NCBI GenBank assembly: GCA_964016885.1 | Contig: OZ024741.1 | Span: 357,678,001 to 357,742,000 of the forward strand | Source: Eledone cirrhosa | Taxonomy: Eukaryota | Reading direction: 5' to 3' | DNA length: 64,000 bases | Part shown: one piece after another, positions 13,230 through 25,819 of the stretch | How positions within the stretch are numbered: position 1 is the first letter of the stretch | Layout of the letters: each line of letters starts with the position of its first letter | The notes under the pieces: model-generated | What the model was told of the DNA's origin: nothing | Databases searched by the model: none | What the model saw: the letters and a program-made list of their open reading frames with translations, nothing else | Translations under genes and position numbers: made by a program

Positions 13230-14030
13230 AGGATATTACTACACCAGACATTGGGTATGATTCCCTCGTCCATGCAACCTTATTTTCTATGTGAATGACT
13301 AAAACATATCATACTTCACTAGATATTTTCAACATCTCTGCGACTATTTTTGATGGTCTGGCTGCTACACCAGCTTTCATATCCTTAATCACCATCTAAA
13401 CTATATAACAATCAATTTCAGTAGATGGTCTCTTTATTAGATCTATTGGAGGTTCCCACTCTCTTTCATGTAGCCTTCTCATGCAGCAACCTTTCAGTGT
13501 GGCATTTTCAAGACCCATCTTGGTGACAGTGAGAGCAAGTGCGATGCTATCATTCTGATTACACTTTTCTCCAACAATGTCCTGATTTGTGCTGACACAC
13601 TACTTTGTGATCCAGAACACCTCATACCTCTGATCTTCTCATTGTAGAACATTGGCAAAGCTTTTACTTTCAGCTCCTCACCTTGCTATGCATGCTTGAT
13701 GTCTCGTGTATTATTAAGCTACCTAGTCTTGTCCTAGCTGATCCTTTCTTCTAATCTTTCCAGGTCTGTCTTTTAGCTTTTACAGTTCTATGTACAGTAC
13801 TATTCCACTAACCCATTGAGTTTCATCTGGCTGGAACTTTGTCTATTCACAGATCTGGTATGTAGCTTGCAGTGGGTTGTCTCATAGAAATCTTCAGTTG
13901 TCTCTCTAGTTTATAAGTTTTTATTTCCTCCTTTTTATCATATTGCCTAGTACTTCTTTGAACCTGTGAATGGCTAAGGGTTCATTGAGCTTCAAAGATT
14001 ATCTTATGTCTGCAAGGTCATCTAGCTCTT
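13230..14030 (-). mobile_element. Highly degenerate RTE LINE fragment
   Basis: Reverse complement resembles the 4400-5050 segment (GGATATGAA...GGTGTAGCAGCCAGACCATC...GAGATGTTGAAA). Confidence 0.65.
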
Positions 14031-14749
14031 ATTTTGAGGTTAATAACTACTAGTTTATGTTAATTATTAGGATCCTCTAATGATTTAGCAGAAAATATCT
14101 AAAAATGAGTTTAATTCAAATGCTTATGATATCCTTATTAGTGGGTAGATCTTTCTGAAAATTTACAATATTTAAACTAAAGACAGTCATAGTGCTGTAT
14201 TGTACTTTTCAAGAATGTCTTGCTAATGAAGTTTCAAGTGGTATACAGCATTAAGAGTTAAAGAAAAACTTTATATTAAGTCATTAGAGCATTGGATTAA
14301 ATTCTGTTTATTTCTGGCCTTCTGCATTCCCAGGTTCAACTTTGCCTTTCATCCTTTCAGGAGTTAATACCAGTCTAAATCCAGTGGATTGGTGTGGTAT
14401 TGGTTCTGGCTCTGTATGTTCTGAGTTCAAATCCTGCTTTCTACCACTGGAATAGTGGTGATGCTTCTATCAGGAGTTGTGACTGACAGATATCAGCAGC
14501 AGTAGTATGACCAATAGAATCATAGATTTCTTGGTCTGATTTGACGATTGGTTCTTCCCTTTCTTTTCCTATATTTATCTAATATAAGACTTCCTTCATA
14601 ATTGTTATATAAGAACTTCTGTTAAGTTATTTTCCAAACACCAACTTAATAACGAAAAACTGTTACTGAATCTCTCCAAATTCTTATTTTCAAAATTATT
14701 TGAAAATTATAAGCAATGTCTTCTATTAGAAATATACTAATGAAATAAT

Positions 14750-14936
14750 TGTTTCTACTTTAGGCACAAGGCCAGCAATTACCCAGTACATTACTGGTAC
14801 TTTATTTTATCGACCCCCGTAAGGATGAAAGACAAAGTTAACCTCAGCGGGATTTGAACTCAGAATGGCAAGGGCCGTAACTCCAGGCGTCAAAGCTTGG
14901 CGTCCGACCCTCTACCGATACTGCCAATCCACCGCC
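14750..14936 (-). mobile_element. SINE family A, young copy with 19-bp TSD
   Basis: Reverse complement of the 502-686 element with intact B-box GAGTTCAAATCC; AATATACTAATGAAATAAT duplicated at 14731-14749 and 14937-14955. Confidence 0.9.
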
Positions 14937-15626
14937 AATATACTAATGAAATAATATACTTTGGATAGTGTTTTGGGGAGAAACTTTTAGAAACTTTTGA
15001 AAATTATTTCACAGTGCCTAAATTTTTTTTTTTTTTTTTTTTTGTATGTGTGTATGTTATTGTTGATGAAATTATTTGAACCATTGCAGGTACTTTATAT
15101 ATCTACTAAGTACCTGGTACTGTCTAGAACCTACAAGCGGAATGGTATTTGTTTCTATGTGAAACACTCCAAAAATGAATGCAGCAAAAGTCTAGGAAGC
15201 AATGATCTTTCAAAAGTTTCCACTATTAAGACACATATGTGTCAAGTGAGTATGGTGATGCACAAACCCCACTAGTTTAGCCAAATGCTATTCCTCACAA
15301 AATGTGCATATTCATGAATACACACACATATATATATATATACACAAACCCTACCAGTTTGGCCAAACGTTCCTCACAAAATATGCATCATCATTATCAC
15401 CATTTAACGTCTATTTTCCATGCTTGCATGGATTAAACGGATTGTCAGGTGACCATGTTTTGCTCATATGCCCTGTGTTTGGCTTGGTTTCTATGGCTGG
15501 ATGCTCTTCCAAACACCAAACCAGCATGTACTGGGAACATTTTATCATGACTCCAGCACTACCATCTGACACAAACATACATACACATACATAGAAACAT
15601 AAACCCAACTGGATAACCTCCACAAA

Positions 15627-15670
<44 letters not shown>

Positions 15671-15944
15671 ACAGAGACACACAGACACAGGCTGCCAACT
15701 CGCTTTCGGGGGCCACTACTTTATATCCATGTAGGAGAACACCGATGCGCTGAACGAGTGACTTTTTAGTCCAGCCAGCGACTTGAAAACTCTGGTACAA
15801 AGACTACACTTGTGACAATTACTGACACATACTGCTGGATGCATGCATGCATACATGCATACATGCATACATACATACATTCTTTTACAATTAAATAGCT
15901 CAAAGAAAGGAATATTTCTGAGTCGTGTAATACAAATGAATATA

Positions 15945-16362
15945 TGATAGGGATAAACACTGATACAAGTATACATGCGTTTGCATTGCAAATGACCAGG
16001 TTAGCTAGATTGAAAAATAATATGGTTTGCCTGTCTCGATTTAAAATAATAAATCAATAAAAACAAACCTATATTGGTAATAGCCATGATACCTGGACAA
16101 ATTTTTAATTTGTTTCGCAACAATTAAGTGAAAGTTCCTATTCCTGTGCTCTTCTGCAGGTATCCAGAAATTGGTAAGTTTAACTTCAAAATACTTGTCC
16201 AGGTATCACAGCTATTGCCAATATAGGTTTGTTTTTATTGATTTATTATTTTAAATCGAGACAGGCAAACCGTATTATTTTAATTAGTATTTTTCAATCT
16301 AGCTAACTTGGTCATTTGCAATGCAAACGTATGTATACTTGTATCAGTGTTTATCCCTATCA
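15945..16362. mobile_element. Foldback/MITE-like element with ~155-170-bp inverted arms, flanked by TA
   Basis: 15941-16100 is the reverse complement of 16195-16366, apart from about 6 transitions and one ~12-nt indel; the right end abuts a TA run. Confidence 0.85.
16160..16173 (+). other. Candidate 14-nt microexon or recursive-splice exon in the loop of a foldback element
   Basis: ttcctgtgctcttctgcag|GTATCCAGAAATTG|gtaagt. Confidence 0.3.
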
Positions 16363-16996
16363 TATATATATATATATACACACACTCACATGCACTCACA
16401 TATAACATATATACACAAATATGTATGTATATCTATGGTCATAGGGATTTGAATGTATGCATATATAGGTAATAGTGAATATAGATTTGCATATAGTATC
16501 ATCAATGTATTTCAGTAATCAGTGCACAAATATTTACTGGTTTCAGTCATTGCACTCAAGGGGTTTTGTTGATCATAATTACACCCCCAAACACGGTACA
16601 CTCACTGGAGCTTATTTTATTGATCTCTATTTGTTGGACTGCTAGATTATGGTTCATAAACAGACACAACATAAATGTGAGACATGCATAGAAATACACA
16701 TATATATATAGTATCATCATCAGTGTTTCATATCCATATTCCATGCTGACGTGGGTTAAACGGATTGTCATATTCTGAGACTAAACACATCAGATGGTCA
16801 TTTTAATCATGACACCAGCACTACAACTTTACAGCGCCTGACGGCTAGGTTACAAATTTGATTGCTCTTCCACTCTGCCCCACCATGTATAATCTGGAGA
16901 GATGGTCATAATTGAACCTTGAAACTTGATGTAGCGCATTTTCTCCCATGTATGAACAAAAATAAATAATATAATATAATATAATATATAGAGAGA

Positions 16997-17733
16997 GATA
17001 TTTTGAGGAATTAGATCAATTTAATTGCAGAGGCATAAAAGCCAACGCAACCTGCAAATCAAGCTTTTTTATTAACTGCTCAACGTAACCTAAGTCACTT
17101 GGGTGAGAAACATGCTACAGAGCACACCCTATTAATTGGTTCATAGGAAAACTTCATCCATATAGAAAAGACAGGTGGATAACTATTAGAGAAATAAAAG
17201 GATTCCAGCAGTTAAATAAAAAGAGTTGCGATACTCACAGATCTATATCACCTGGACCAGAATATTGGGTTGACCAAAATATTTGGGTTCTGGCCTCCAA
17301 AAGCATTTGTCAACCACTAGCATTTAAAGTTAATTTTTGGCAAAATAGAACAGGGGGAACTTCTCAACAGGCTATATTTTCCAGTCCATACAGCAGCAAA
17401 ATCTGCAACCAGTAATTAGACACGAAAGAGCTGTTGGCTGGATGTTAAATATATCAGTAGCTGCCCACCCAATCAAAAGCAACTCTATTGGTCTAGTAAT
17501 ATTGCTGAGAGTGAATTATAGATATTTTGAGGAATGGCAGAGGTACAAAAGCCATGCAATCTTCTGATTGCACTTTTTATAAACTGCTCAGCGTAAGCTA
17601 AGGTATTTGGGTGAGAAACCTGCCATGGAGCACATCATATTGATTTGTTGATAGGAAAGCTTCATCCATATAGAACAGACAGGTGGATAACAACCAAAAG
17701 AAATATAAGGATTCCAGCAGTTAAATATAAAGA
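16997..17733. repeat. Diverged direct repeat of ~220 bp, period ~524 bp
   Basis: GATATTTTGAGGAA...CTTCATCCATATAGAA.AGACAGGTGGATAAC...GGATTCCAGCAGTTAAATA begins at 16997 and again at 17521. Confidence 0.85.
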
Positions 17734-19439
17734 AAATACATTGAATGATGATGATGATATTGTCATAGTTTTTTAGTCTATGAAATATTTTCTTGTTTTA
17801 CTCTGAATCAATCAATTGGTGCAAGTGTCAAAAGCCATCTGTTCATACTTTGTGAATGGTTGTATATTCTCTACTTGTGTCTTCTTTGTTCCACCTATTG
17901 ATGCTGCTTGTTGAGGTGTTACAAAAATCAGTTCAAAGATAAGCAGTTCAATTTTTAAATGATTAGATTCTGCATTGTACCTAAAAAATCTCTTTCTACA
18001 ATGATTTTAACAGCTACACCCCTTGTCAGATTTTATCATTGCAGTAATATAAGCTATTATGATTGTGATTAAAAAAGAGCAATTATTCTGTTTTGTTTTG
18101 TTTATATATCATATTCCCCTACTGATAAAGACTTCCCTGTTACATTCTCTCTAAAAGATATATTATGTATTCTGGGTTAATTAAATCAAGTAAGTTTAGA
18201 TTTTGTTTATGTGACACAAGTTCACTGACACCCTACATCCTACTATTTCCACCTTGAAATGATGTGTTCAGCAGTTAGTGTTGAACTCTCAATTATGAGG
18301 TTTCATTCCAGAACTGAGCGGTGTGTGGTGTGCTTCATCAAAATACTTTATTACATATAATACCTACTGCCAGAGATTGTGACAAACAGATATTGTCAGC
18401 AATGGAAACATTGTTTTCTTGGTTTGATCTAACAATCGGCTTCTTTTTTTTTTTTTTTTTTAAATGGCTAGGTTTCACTTTGAAATGATGTGCTCACTTA
18501 GAATTACAAATACTGTGATAGATTAAACTGACTCCATCCCAGAATTTCACAGTTACTTAATCCATTAACCATAGTAGAATGTAACATTGAGTTTACCTCC
18601 TGATGAGATTTGAATAAAGACTGTAGAGACAAGGCTAATTACTGTTAGGCATTTCACACATACCCTTTTGGCACAGTCCTGTTAATGTTTTATTACTGTT
18701 TCACAGCTTTTAGGTTTTATGCTCAATTAACGTCTTCGTTACCATATTTTTTTATGAAAAACACTCTTTGATTTTCAATCATTTTGAAAATTATCAAGGG
18801 TTTGGAGGGGTCTCATAATAAAACTTTCTTGTCATTAAGTTGGTGTCTAGAACATAATTTAACTTAAAGGTTTTTTCATAAAATTATGGTGAGAGGTAGT
18901 TAGATAAATATTGACACTTAAAAATAAAGAGTTTTGTATTATAGAACCAGGGGTAATTTCTGGTGATTTGGTATACAAACAGTTAAGTAAAAATTATTTG
19001 AAGTGACTAACTTTTAATTATTTGTATATTTCTATATGTAGGCCTTTTACCTAGTCTGTTTTGTTTTCATTTTGTTTCTATGCTCCTATGTGTGTAAGTG
19101 AATCACATATGCATATGTCTAATTATTCTATTTTATCTTAATTACTTGTCTCACTTAATTTTGATAATGCTTGTCTCATTAACTCATCCAACCCATCTTT
19201 ACTCCTGATTGTCCTTTTTTTATGTCATGTGGTTTGCTATCACACCACCTAAGAAGTACTGTTGTAGTCACAATGTAATGATCATTAAATGCAGTCTCTC
19301 TACCAAGCCTGATTTGAGCTATAAACATTGCTATCAGTAAGTTATGAACAATTACTATAGTTATGGCTTACAAACCAAAGGTTAGTTCTGCAATAATTTA
19401 TTCATTTTGATCTAGTATCTCTTTATTTATTTATATCTG

Positions 19440-19470
<31 letters not shown>

Positions 19471-19639
19471 ATGTATATGTGTATATATATATATATGTGT
19501 ATATATATATATACATATATAGACAAACAGACACGGCGTGGCCCAAACATTACTAGACCATTTTAAAATATTAATTTTTTCAATTAAAAAGGGTTATTAT
19601 ATTTTGAAAACTATCCTCTGTGTAAATTTCTCTCTCTAT

Positions 19640-20007
19640 CAAGGTCGGGTAAAATTCCCGAGATCCGTGGACGAGTTCTCTCCAGTGGTCTCTGTCCCTC
19701 ATTATCACTGTCATGTCCTGCGTCTCCAACAGACCAGTGTCTGTCCTTAGGGCATCAACATACGTTAACCTTGGACTTCCTCTTCCAGTGTGTCCATGTA
19801 GGGGCTCCCACAGGAGCACTGAGTGCAATGTCAACTCTGGATGTCGGTGAGCATGTCCAGCTAACCTCAGTCTCCTCTGTGTCACTTTTGAGCTGACTTT
19901 TGGGAGGCTCCCATACAGCTCTGAAGGGAGATCTCTCTAACACCAACAACTACAGGGGGATCTCACTGACGTCACTTGTGGCAAAGACCCTCAACAGGAT
20001 GATTCTA
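19640..20007 (-). mobile_element. RTE LINE 3' fragment joined to an inverted RT N-terminal fragment
   Basis: Minus strand: QRRLRLAGHAHRH...GRGSPRLTYVD. Plus strand at ~19920-20007: KGDLSNTNNYRGISLTSLVAKTLNRMIL. Confidence 0.8.
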
Positions 20008-21589
20008 TATAGTCCAATGCAGGCGTGGAAAAACGGACATAAAAATGATGGTGTGGGTGATGATATATATGAGATTGTTGTCATTCAATGATTGTTTTTA
20101 CTGACATTACTCATTTTCTATATTTTATGAAGATTGAGTAGAAGTAACGTTTAACCCTTTAGCATTTACATTACTCTATTATATTTTCATATAATTATTT
20201 CACATAATTATCTCACATACGAAATTTTGACATTATTTATTTTGAGAACAATACCTTAACAACAGTATGAGCAGATGGTTACAGTCACTTTGAACAGAGC
20301 GAGGTGAGAGAATTCTGGCCGGATGCAGCCAGTTTAAATGCTAAAGGGTCAATACCAAATTCTTCGAGTCAATTCTCAGATTATAATATAGAAACACATC
20401 TATATATTAATGATGGAGCTCTGAGCACGGTTCTCCACTCTTTGTATTTTTTTCTCTCATTCTTGTAGAAAAAAGTGTAAATAGATAAATAAGATAAATG
20501 ATATGCCTTAACGTTTTCATTTTGGATATCCATACACACACTTTTCCTACTACATCAAGTGTAAAACTAATCAAATATTTCTTTATTGTACTGTCATTTA
20601 TTTTGTTATTTCTGTTTGCCTTTTGCATATATATATTATCATCATCATCATCATCATTTAACGTCCATCTTCCACGCAAGCATGGGTTGGGCGGTCTTGT
20701 TCCACTAGAGGCGATATTGGTCGGCAGACTGTCTCGCTTGTACATAACTGTCTCTGGCAGGTTTTCTACAGCTGGATGCCCTTCCTAACACCAACCACAT
20801 TTACAGTGTGGACTGGGTGCTTTTTGTCATGTCACCTACACAACCACTTTACAGTGCACGGAAATGGGAAGATGGAGTAGGATGTGTGGGGTGGGGTGTA
20901 TAGTGGGTTAAGAGGTGCATACTGACTAGGTTTAAGTTTGTATTGCTGTTGAAACGGCAAGAGGTTAGTCGTCGGGTCCCCTACACATGACACCTACAGG
21001 ACAACTTTACAGTGTGGGCTGGAGACTTCACTGGATATATACTTCAATTTCGGCCTGTGCCTGTGGGAAGTTGGGTGTATATGTGTGTATGTATGTATGT
21101 GTGTGTGTATGTATATATATGTGTGTGTGTATAAATCAATTCCTGTATGAGCAAGACAAGGTCAGCCGACAAGATCTAACCCATGCTAGCGTGGAAGAAT
21201 TGACGTAAAAACGGTGATGATGATGATATATGTATGTATATATATATATATATATATGTATATGTAGTGATTGTGTGTTTTTGTAATGTTGTCTACCTCC
21301 CTTGGTATTGACTTAGAGCAAGATGACCTGGGCTGGATGTGAGGATTAAGTCTCCCTGTTCTGTCGTCATGAAATACAAGCCATAGACACTTGCCAGTAT
21401 ATATTTTAAACTGAGCCCACTGTAATTTTCTTGAAAGATGGTGCCATTCATACACTTAGTTATTCTGTCTGCATTCAATAACATATATATAAATACGAAA
21501 TGCTTGTTTATATATCTGTACATAAGTCTTCCATAAGTAGTAGTATGTAAGACGTAAAATTGGGGAAAGACTTCTTTCTAAGTGTGCCA

Positions 21590-22262
21590 AAAGTCTGTAA
21601 AATCCGAGGAGACACTGTCATGGTTTGGGGAATGTTCTCGGCAGCCGGAGTGGAGCCTCTTTTACACTTAAATGGTACTGTGTACCAGAACCTCCTTCAG
21701 CAACATACCATTCCCTCTTTATGGGCTTCTCCCAATCAACATACCATTTTTATGCAAGATAATGTTCTGTGCCACACTGCAAAATGAATGAAAACATTTC
21801 TCAAAGATGAGGAAATTGAAGTTTTGAAATGGCCAGCCGAGAGTCCTGACGTAAATCCAATCGAGAACCTTTGGAAGATCATTGGGGACGTTGTGGCGAA
21901 AAAATCAGCTGAATAATGGAAGCTGGAGGAAGAGTGGAATAATATCACTCCAAAACTGTGCAGATGTGTCAGTCTTCCAAAGCAAGAGCCTCTACACTTC
22001 TTATTAATGTTTGAGAATGCATAAACCCTAGTTTGTAGACCAAATCTCATGTTTAATTGTGTTTTCATAAAGATTGTTTCTGTTCTCTTATTTTGATCAC
22101 TATTTTTTCAAAATTAAAGGTAGATCATTAATATCTTGTTTATACCCTTGTTTATTTAGAAAATATCTTAGCACAAGACAGATATTCTTTCAAATTTTAA
22201 AGGAAACATTTTGTAAAATAAAGAAAAATTAATTTATCGTTCTCTTATTTTGATCGCTACTC
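21590..22262 (+). mobile_element. Tc1/mariner DD34E transposase relic with right-hand IR/DR terminus
   Basis: VMVWGMFS, FMQDNVLCHTAK*...WPAESPDVNPIENLW with exactly 34 residues between D and E; GTTCTCTTATTTTGATC repeated at ~22082 and ~22239. Confidence 0.92.
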
Positions 22263-22827
22263 TCTCTCTCTCATAACTATCCTAACACTATGTGTGTCTA
22301 TTATATGTACATATATTGTATATGGTGTTATATTCACCTTTATTTATATAATTAATATTTATGTATGTTATACTTTAGTTCAATGATTACATGGTTATTT
22401 TAGATAGTGTAAAGATATTGTTAACACTGTCTGTAGTTTAGTCTTTATAATTATATATATTTAGTTCTTAATTACCTTCATTCTTCCCTAACACATGTTT
22501 AATTCCTTTTTCTCTTTAGTTTAATTATGTTTGACTTATTTTGAAAACTGGAATGTACTTATCTACTAAAGTATATAAAGTATAGTAATATATAACGTAT
22601 GAGATTTCTTGTAATGTTTTTTTGTTTTTTTGTCATATATAATGTTTTATAATGTATAAAGAAAATTGATTGACACCGGAATTCTACCACTTAATATAAA
22701 TTTCGCCAGAAATAGATTAGCAAAATTTAATAAGCAGGGTGGGGGTCTGAAAAATTAATGAGCCAAGGTGGGGTGATTATTCGAGAGTACTTGCCAGTTT
22801 AGTGATAGGAGATTCACTATATTGATT

Positions 22828-23005
22828 AATAATTGTTTCTACTTTTGGCACAAGGCCAGCAATTATTCCAGTGTATTACTGGTACTTTATTTTATCGACC
22901 CCATAAGGATGAAAGGCAAAGTTAACCTCGGCGGGATTTGAACTCGGGATGTAACTGTGCTGCAAAGCATGGCGTCTGACCCTCTACCGATACTGCCAAT
23001 CCACC
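22828..23005 (-). mobile_element. SINE family A (further copies near 36563-36698, 40466-40646, 63071-63192; older relatives near 130-305, 6600-6780, 11200-11410, 29520-29765, 31695-31912, 47745-47930, 49365-49618, 59262-59460, 59920-60170)
   Basis: Shared GTTTCTACTTTTGGCACAAGGCCAGCAATT...GATGAAAGGCAAAGTT(A/G)ACCTC...GATTTGAACTC sequence. Confidence 0.85.
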
Positions 23006-23195
23006 AATGTACATGAGTGAGTGTAGTCTTCCTAATATTATAACTAGCTACTTTCTTCAGGAAGCTTTACCACATGTTAGACTAAGAAATCCATCTAATG
23101 ATGAAATTCTTACACACAGGAGCATATAGTAATATGAGCCAACATCCATTTCTATGTAGTTCCTGAACTTGCCAATTTAACCATTAGATCTTTCT

Positions 23196-23425
23196 TTAAC
23201 CCTTTTGATACCAACCTACCCCAAACCACCTGGTTCTATGACATAAACTTGCCCATTTTAAAATATTTATATTTAAATTAAAACTCTTCATCATCATTTT
23301 ATATTAACTTTTATTCTAAATATCTGCTTACTAACAAAAAATTTTTTTAATCACTCCATTTTTCAAAATTAATTTGAAAACATAGGTATTGCATCATATC
23401 AGAAATGTGGTACTGAAAGGGTTAA
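23196..23425. mobile_element. piggyBac-type MITE family 2 (TTAACCCTTTTGATACC...GGTAATGAAAGGGTTAA); copies near 33755-34003, 36340-36550, 37255-37722, 40045-40282, 44019-44246, 44652-45106, 62110-62370 and others
   Basis: Imperfect CCCTTT..TACC TIRs with TTAA flanks; shared AT-rich body (TTTTCAAAATTATTTGAAAATTATAGGCAGTG). Confidence 0.8.
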
Positions 23426-25574
23426 CTATCTGCTTCAAGTGGCAGTGCATGTAAGTGTTGGATCTCCAATGAGTGTTCCAGTTGATTTGGTCAACAGATC
23501 AGCTTGATCATGAAATTAACATGCAAGTGGTTGAGCATTCCACAGACATGTGATCTAATAATTTTATTCTTATGGAGATCCAGCAGGGTGTGACAAAGCT
23601 AGCTGGATTGAATCATGGGTACAACTGATTTTTGCCAGCTGAGTGGTCTGGAGCAATGTGAAATATGTCTTTCTGAAGGACACAATACACTGTAGAGAAT
23701 TGAATTCATGACCTTACAATTATGTGCCAAACACCCTAACCACTAAGCCATGCTTCTTCACAGCAGTATGGCTAAAATGAATATGATAAGCACAGCTTCA
23801 ACAGAAAATTTAAACTATATCCATTTCCAGTGCAGTATATAAATATATGGGTCATTCTCAAATTTTTTTCCCTCTGAGCAAATCTAACTGAGGTAACTTA
23901 TCATGAGATATAAATGTATAAATGTGAAGATCTCTGAATATCGTTTCCATCATGGAAGAGTCTAAGTCTAAAGTCTGTCTTAAGCCAGGAGGCTCATCAG
24001 GCTGGTGCTTATCCTGGTTTGTGGCGTGAAGCGACTGAGAGTACAAGACCTCCCTCTGAACAGGACACCAGTCCTTCGAAGGGTTAAACCCACAGCTTTT
24101 GGTACTCATTAATGAATTGTTTTTCTCAAAAACACCCAACCCAGCCCAGGAATCGAACCTACAACATTATGGTCATATGTCCAACACCTTCACCATTAGG
24201 CCATGCACCTCCATACAATTGTGATGAAGTAGACTTGAACAGTACTTATTTTAAAGTAATCAATGTTGTTTATATTAACACAGTGCCATACATTTTTAGA
24301 GAAAGTGAATAGTTGATTGAATGAATCCTAGTGCATAATTGGTATTTATTTTATCCCTCTCTTCCCTCCCTGTCTTGGCCAAAGAGATATATGGTAAAGT
24401 TGATCGTGGTTGGATTTGAATAATAGATGCACCCAATACACTTTGTAAAGTGGTTGGTGATGGGAAGAGCACCCAGCCATAGAAAGCCCTCCAAACAAAT
24501 GGTTGGAAAGACTGTTCAATTATGTCAAAGACATGGCAACCTCTCTAATGCTGGTGCCATGATAAAATGCACTCAGTATAGTGCAGGAATGTATGTAAAT
24601 GAGTTGCAGGTGCCCCGCGTGAGTACTAACTCCCTTGCTAGCGGGGAAAATAGGTGTTAAAAATGATGATGTTGAATATAAAGAACTAGAACTGAGTACT
24701 GTTAGACATTTAGATTGTTGTTCTGATCCTTCTACCATTTTACTGCCTTTTTAATAATAAAATATTAATAGAATCCGTTGAGCAACCCTAAAATATCCAA
24801 AATAATTTATTATAAAATTGTATTTATGTCGTTGAGCTATAACCATTACTGTGTACATCATCATCACCATTTAATGTCTATTCTCCATTCTTGCATGGTT
24901 TAGAGGGCTTGTAATATTCTGTGGCTAGACTGGTCAAGTGATTACGTCTTGCTCATATGCTCCATATTTGGCTTGATTTCCTTTCCTTGGCTGGATGCCC
25001 TTCCTAATGTCAACCACTTTACAGTGTGTGCTAGGAGAATTTTATCGTGACTTCTATATCCAATTTTTGAGAAGTACACTGTATCCCAGCATCTTGTAAG
25101 AGGCGACCTATAGGGTTGGCACAAGGAAGGTTATCCAGTTGTTATACATTCTTACAAATCGATACCATGTTGAGTATGAAGGCTGCTATGGTACCTGCAA
25201 GACTAGCCCCTGCTATAGAGGGGGAAATGACCTTTAAAAGACTTATTGTTCTACAAACTGAAATTAAAAATAAAGATAATTTGATTAAGAACAAATCAAA
25301 GGTTGAATTTACAACTTAAGGATAAGTATTGATAGCATGTGTGATATATATCTGTCTATAAATCTGAAATAGGTCAGCTATTATCATTTCTATCTTTTAG
25401 AAATCAAATGTACCTAGGAAATTATCATATTTTACTGCATCTTTGTTACAAGGAGTATTTACTTGGCAATGATTGTCTGCCTTCCATACTTGCCTGGTTT
25501 GGTAATGGGGTGCCACATCCTGCTCATAAATCCTACTGTTGGGATGATTTCTACAGTCAGATGCCCTTCTTTAA

Positions 25575-25805
25575 ACCAACCACTTTACGTTTCTGGGTGC
25601 CTTCTATTTTTTACCAGCACTACCACTTTACAGAGCATACTGGGTATTTTATTGTAGCACCAGCACTAATATTTTACAGAGTGTACTAGGTGCATTTTAG
25701 TGTAGCATCAGCACTACCACTTTACTGAGTATATTGAATGCATTTTATTGTAGCACTAGCACTACCACTTTGCAGAGTGTACTGGGTGCATTTTAGTGTA
25801 GCACT
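25575..25805 (-). repeat. Tandem ~47-bp subrepeats derived from the RTE/SINE 3' UTR
   Basis: About 4-5 copies of CACTACCACTTTACAGAGTGTACTGGGTGCATTTTATTGTAGCACCAG-like units; similar arrays at ~32510-32640 and ~45830-46040. Confidence 0.75.
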
Positions 25806-25819
25806 TCCACATTACATAT

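Noticed and set aside
14860-14936. tRNA-like A/B boxes here and in other SINE heads
   Set aside because: They are SINE promoters; no complete cloverleaf, so not called as tRNA genes.
15085-15096. CAG|GTAC as a second recursive splice site
   Set aside because: Weak polypyrimidine tract and weak regenerated donor; expected by chance.
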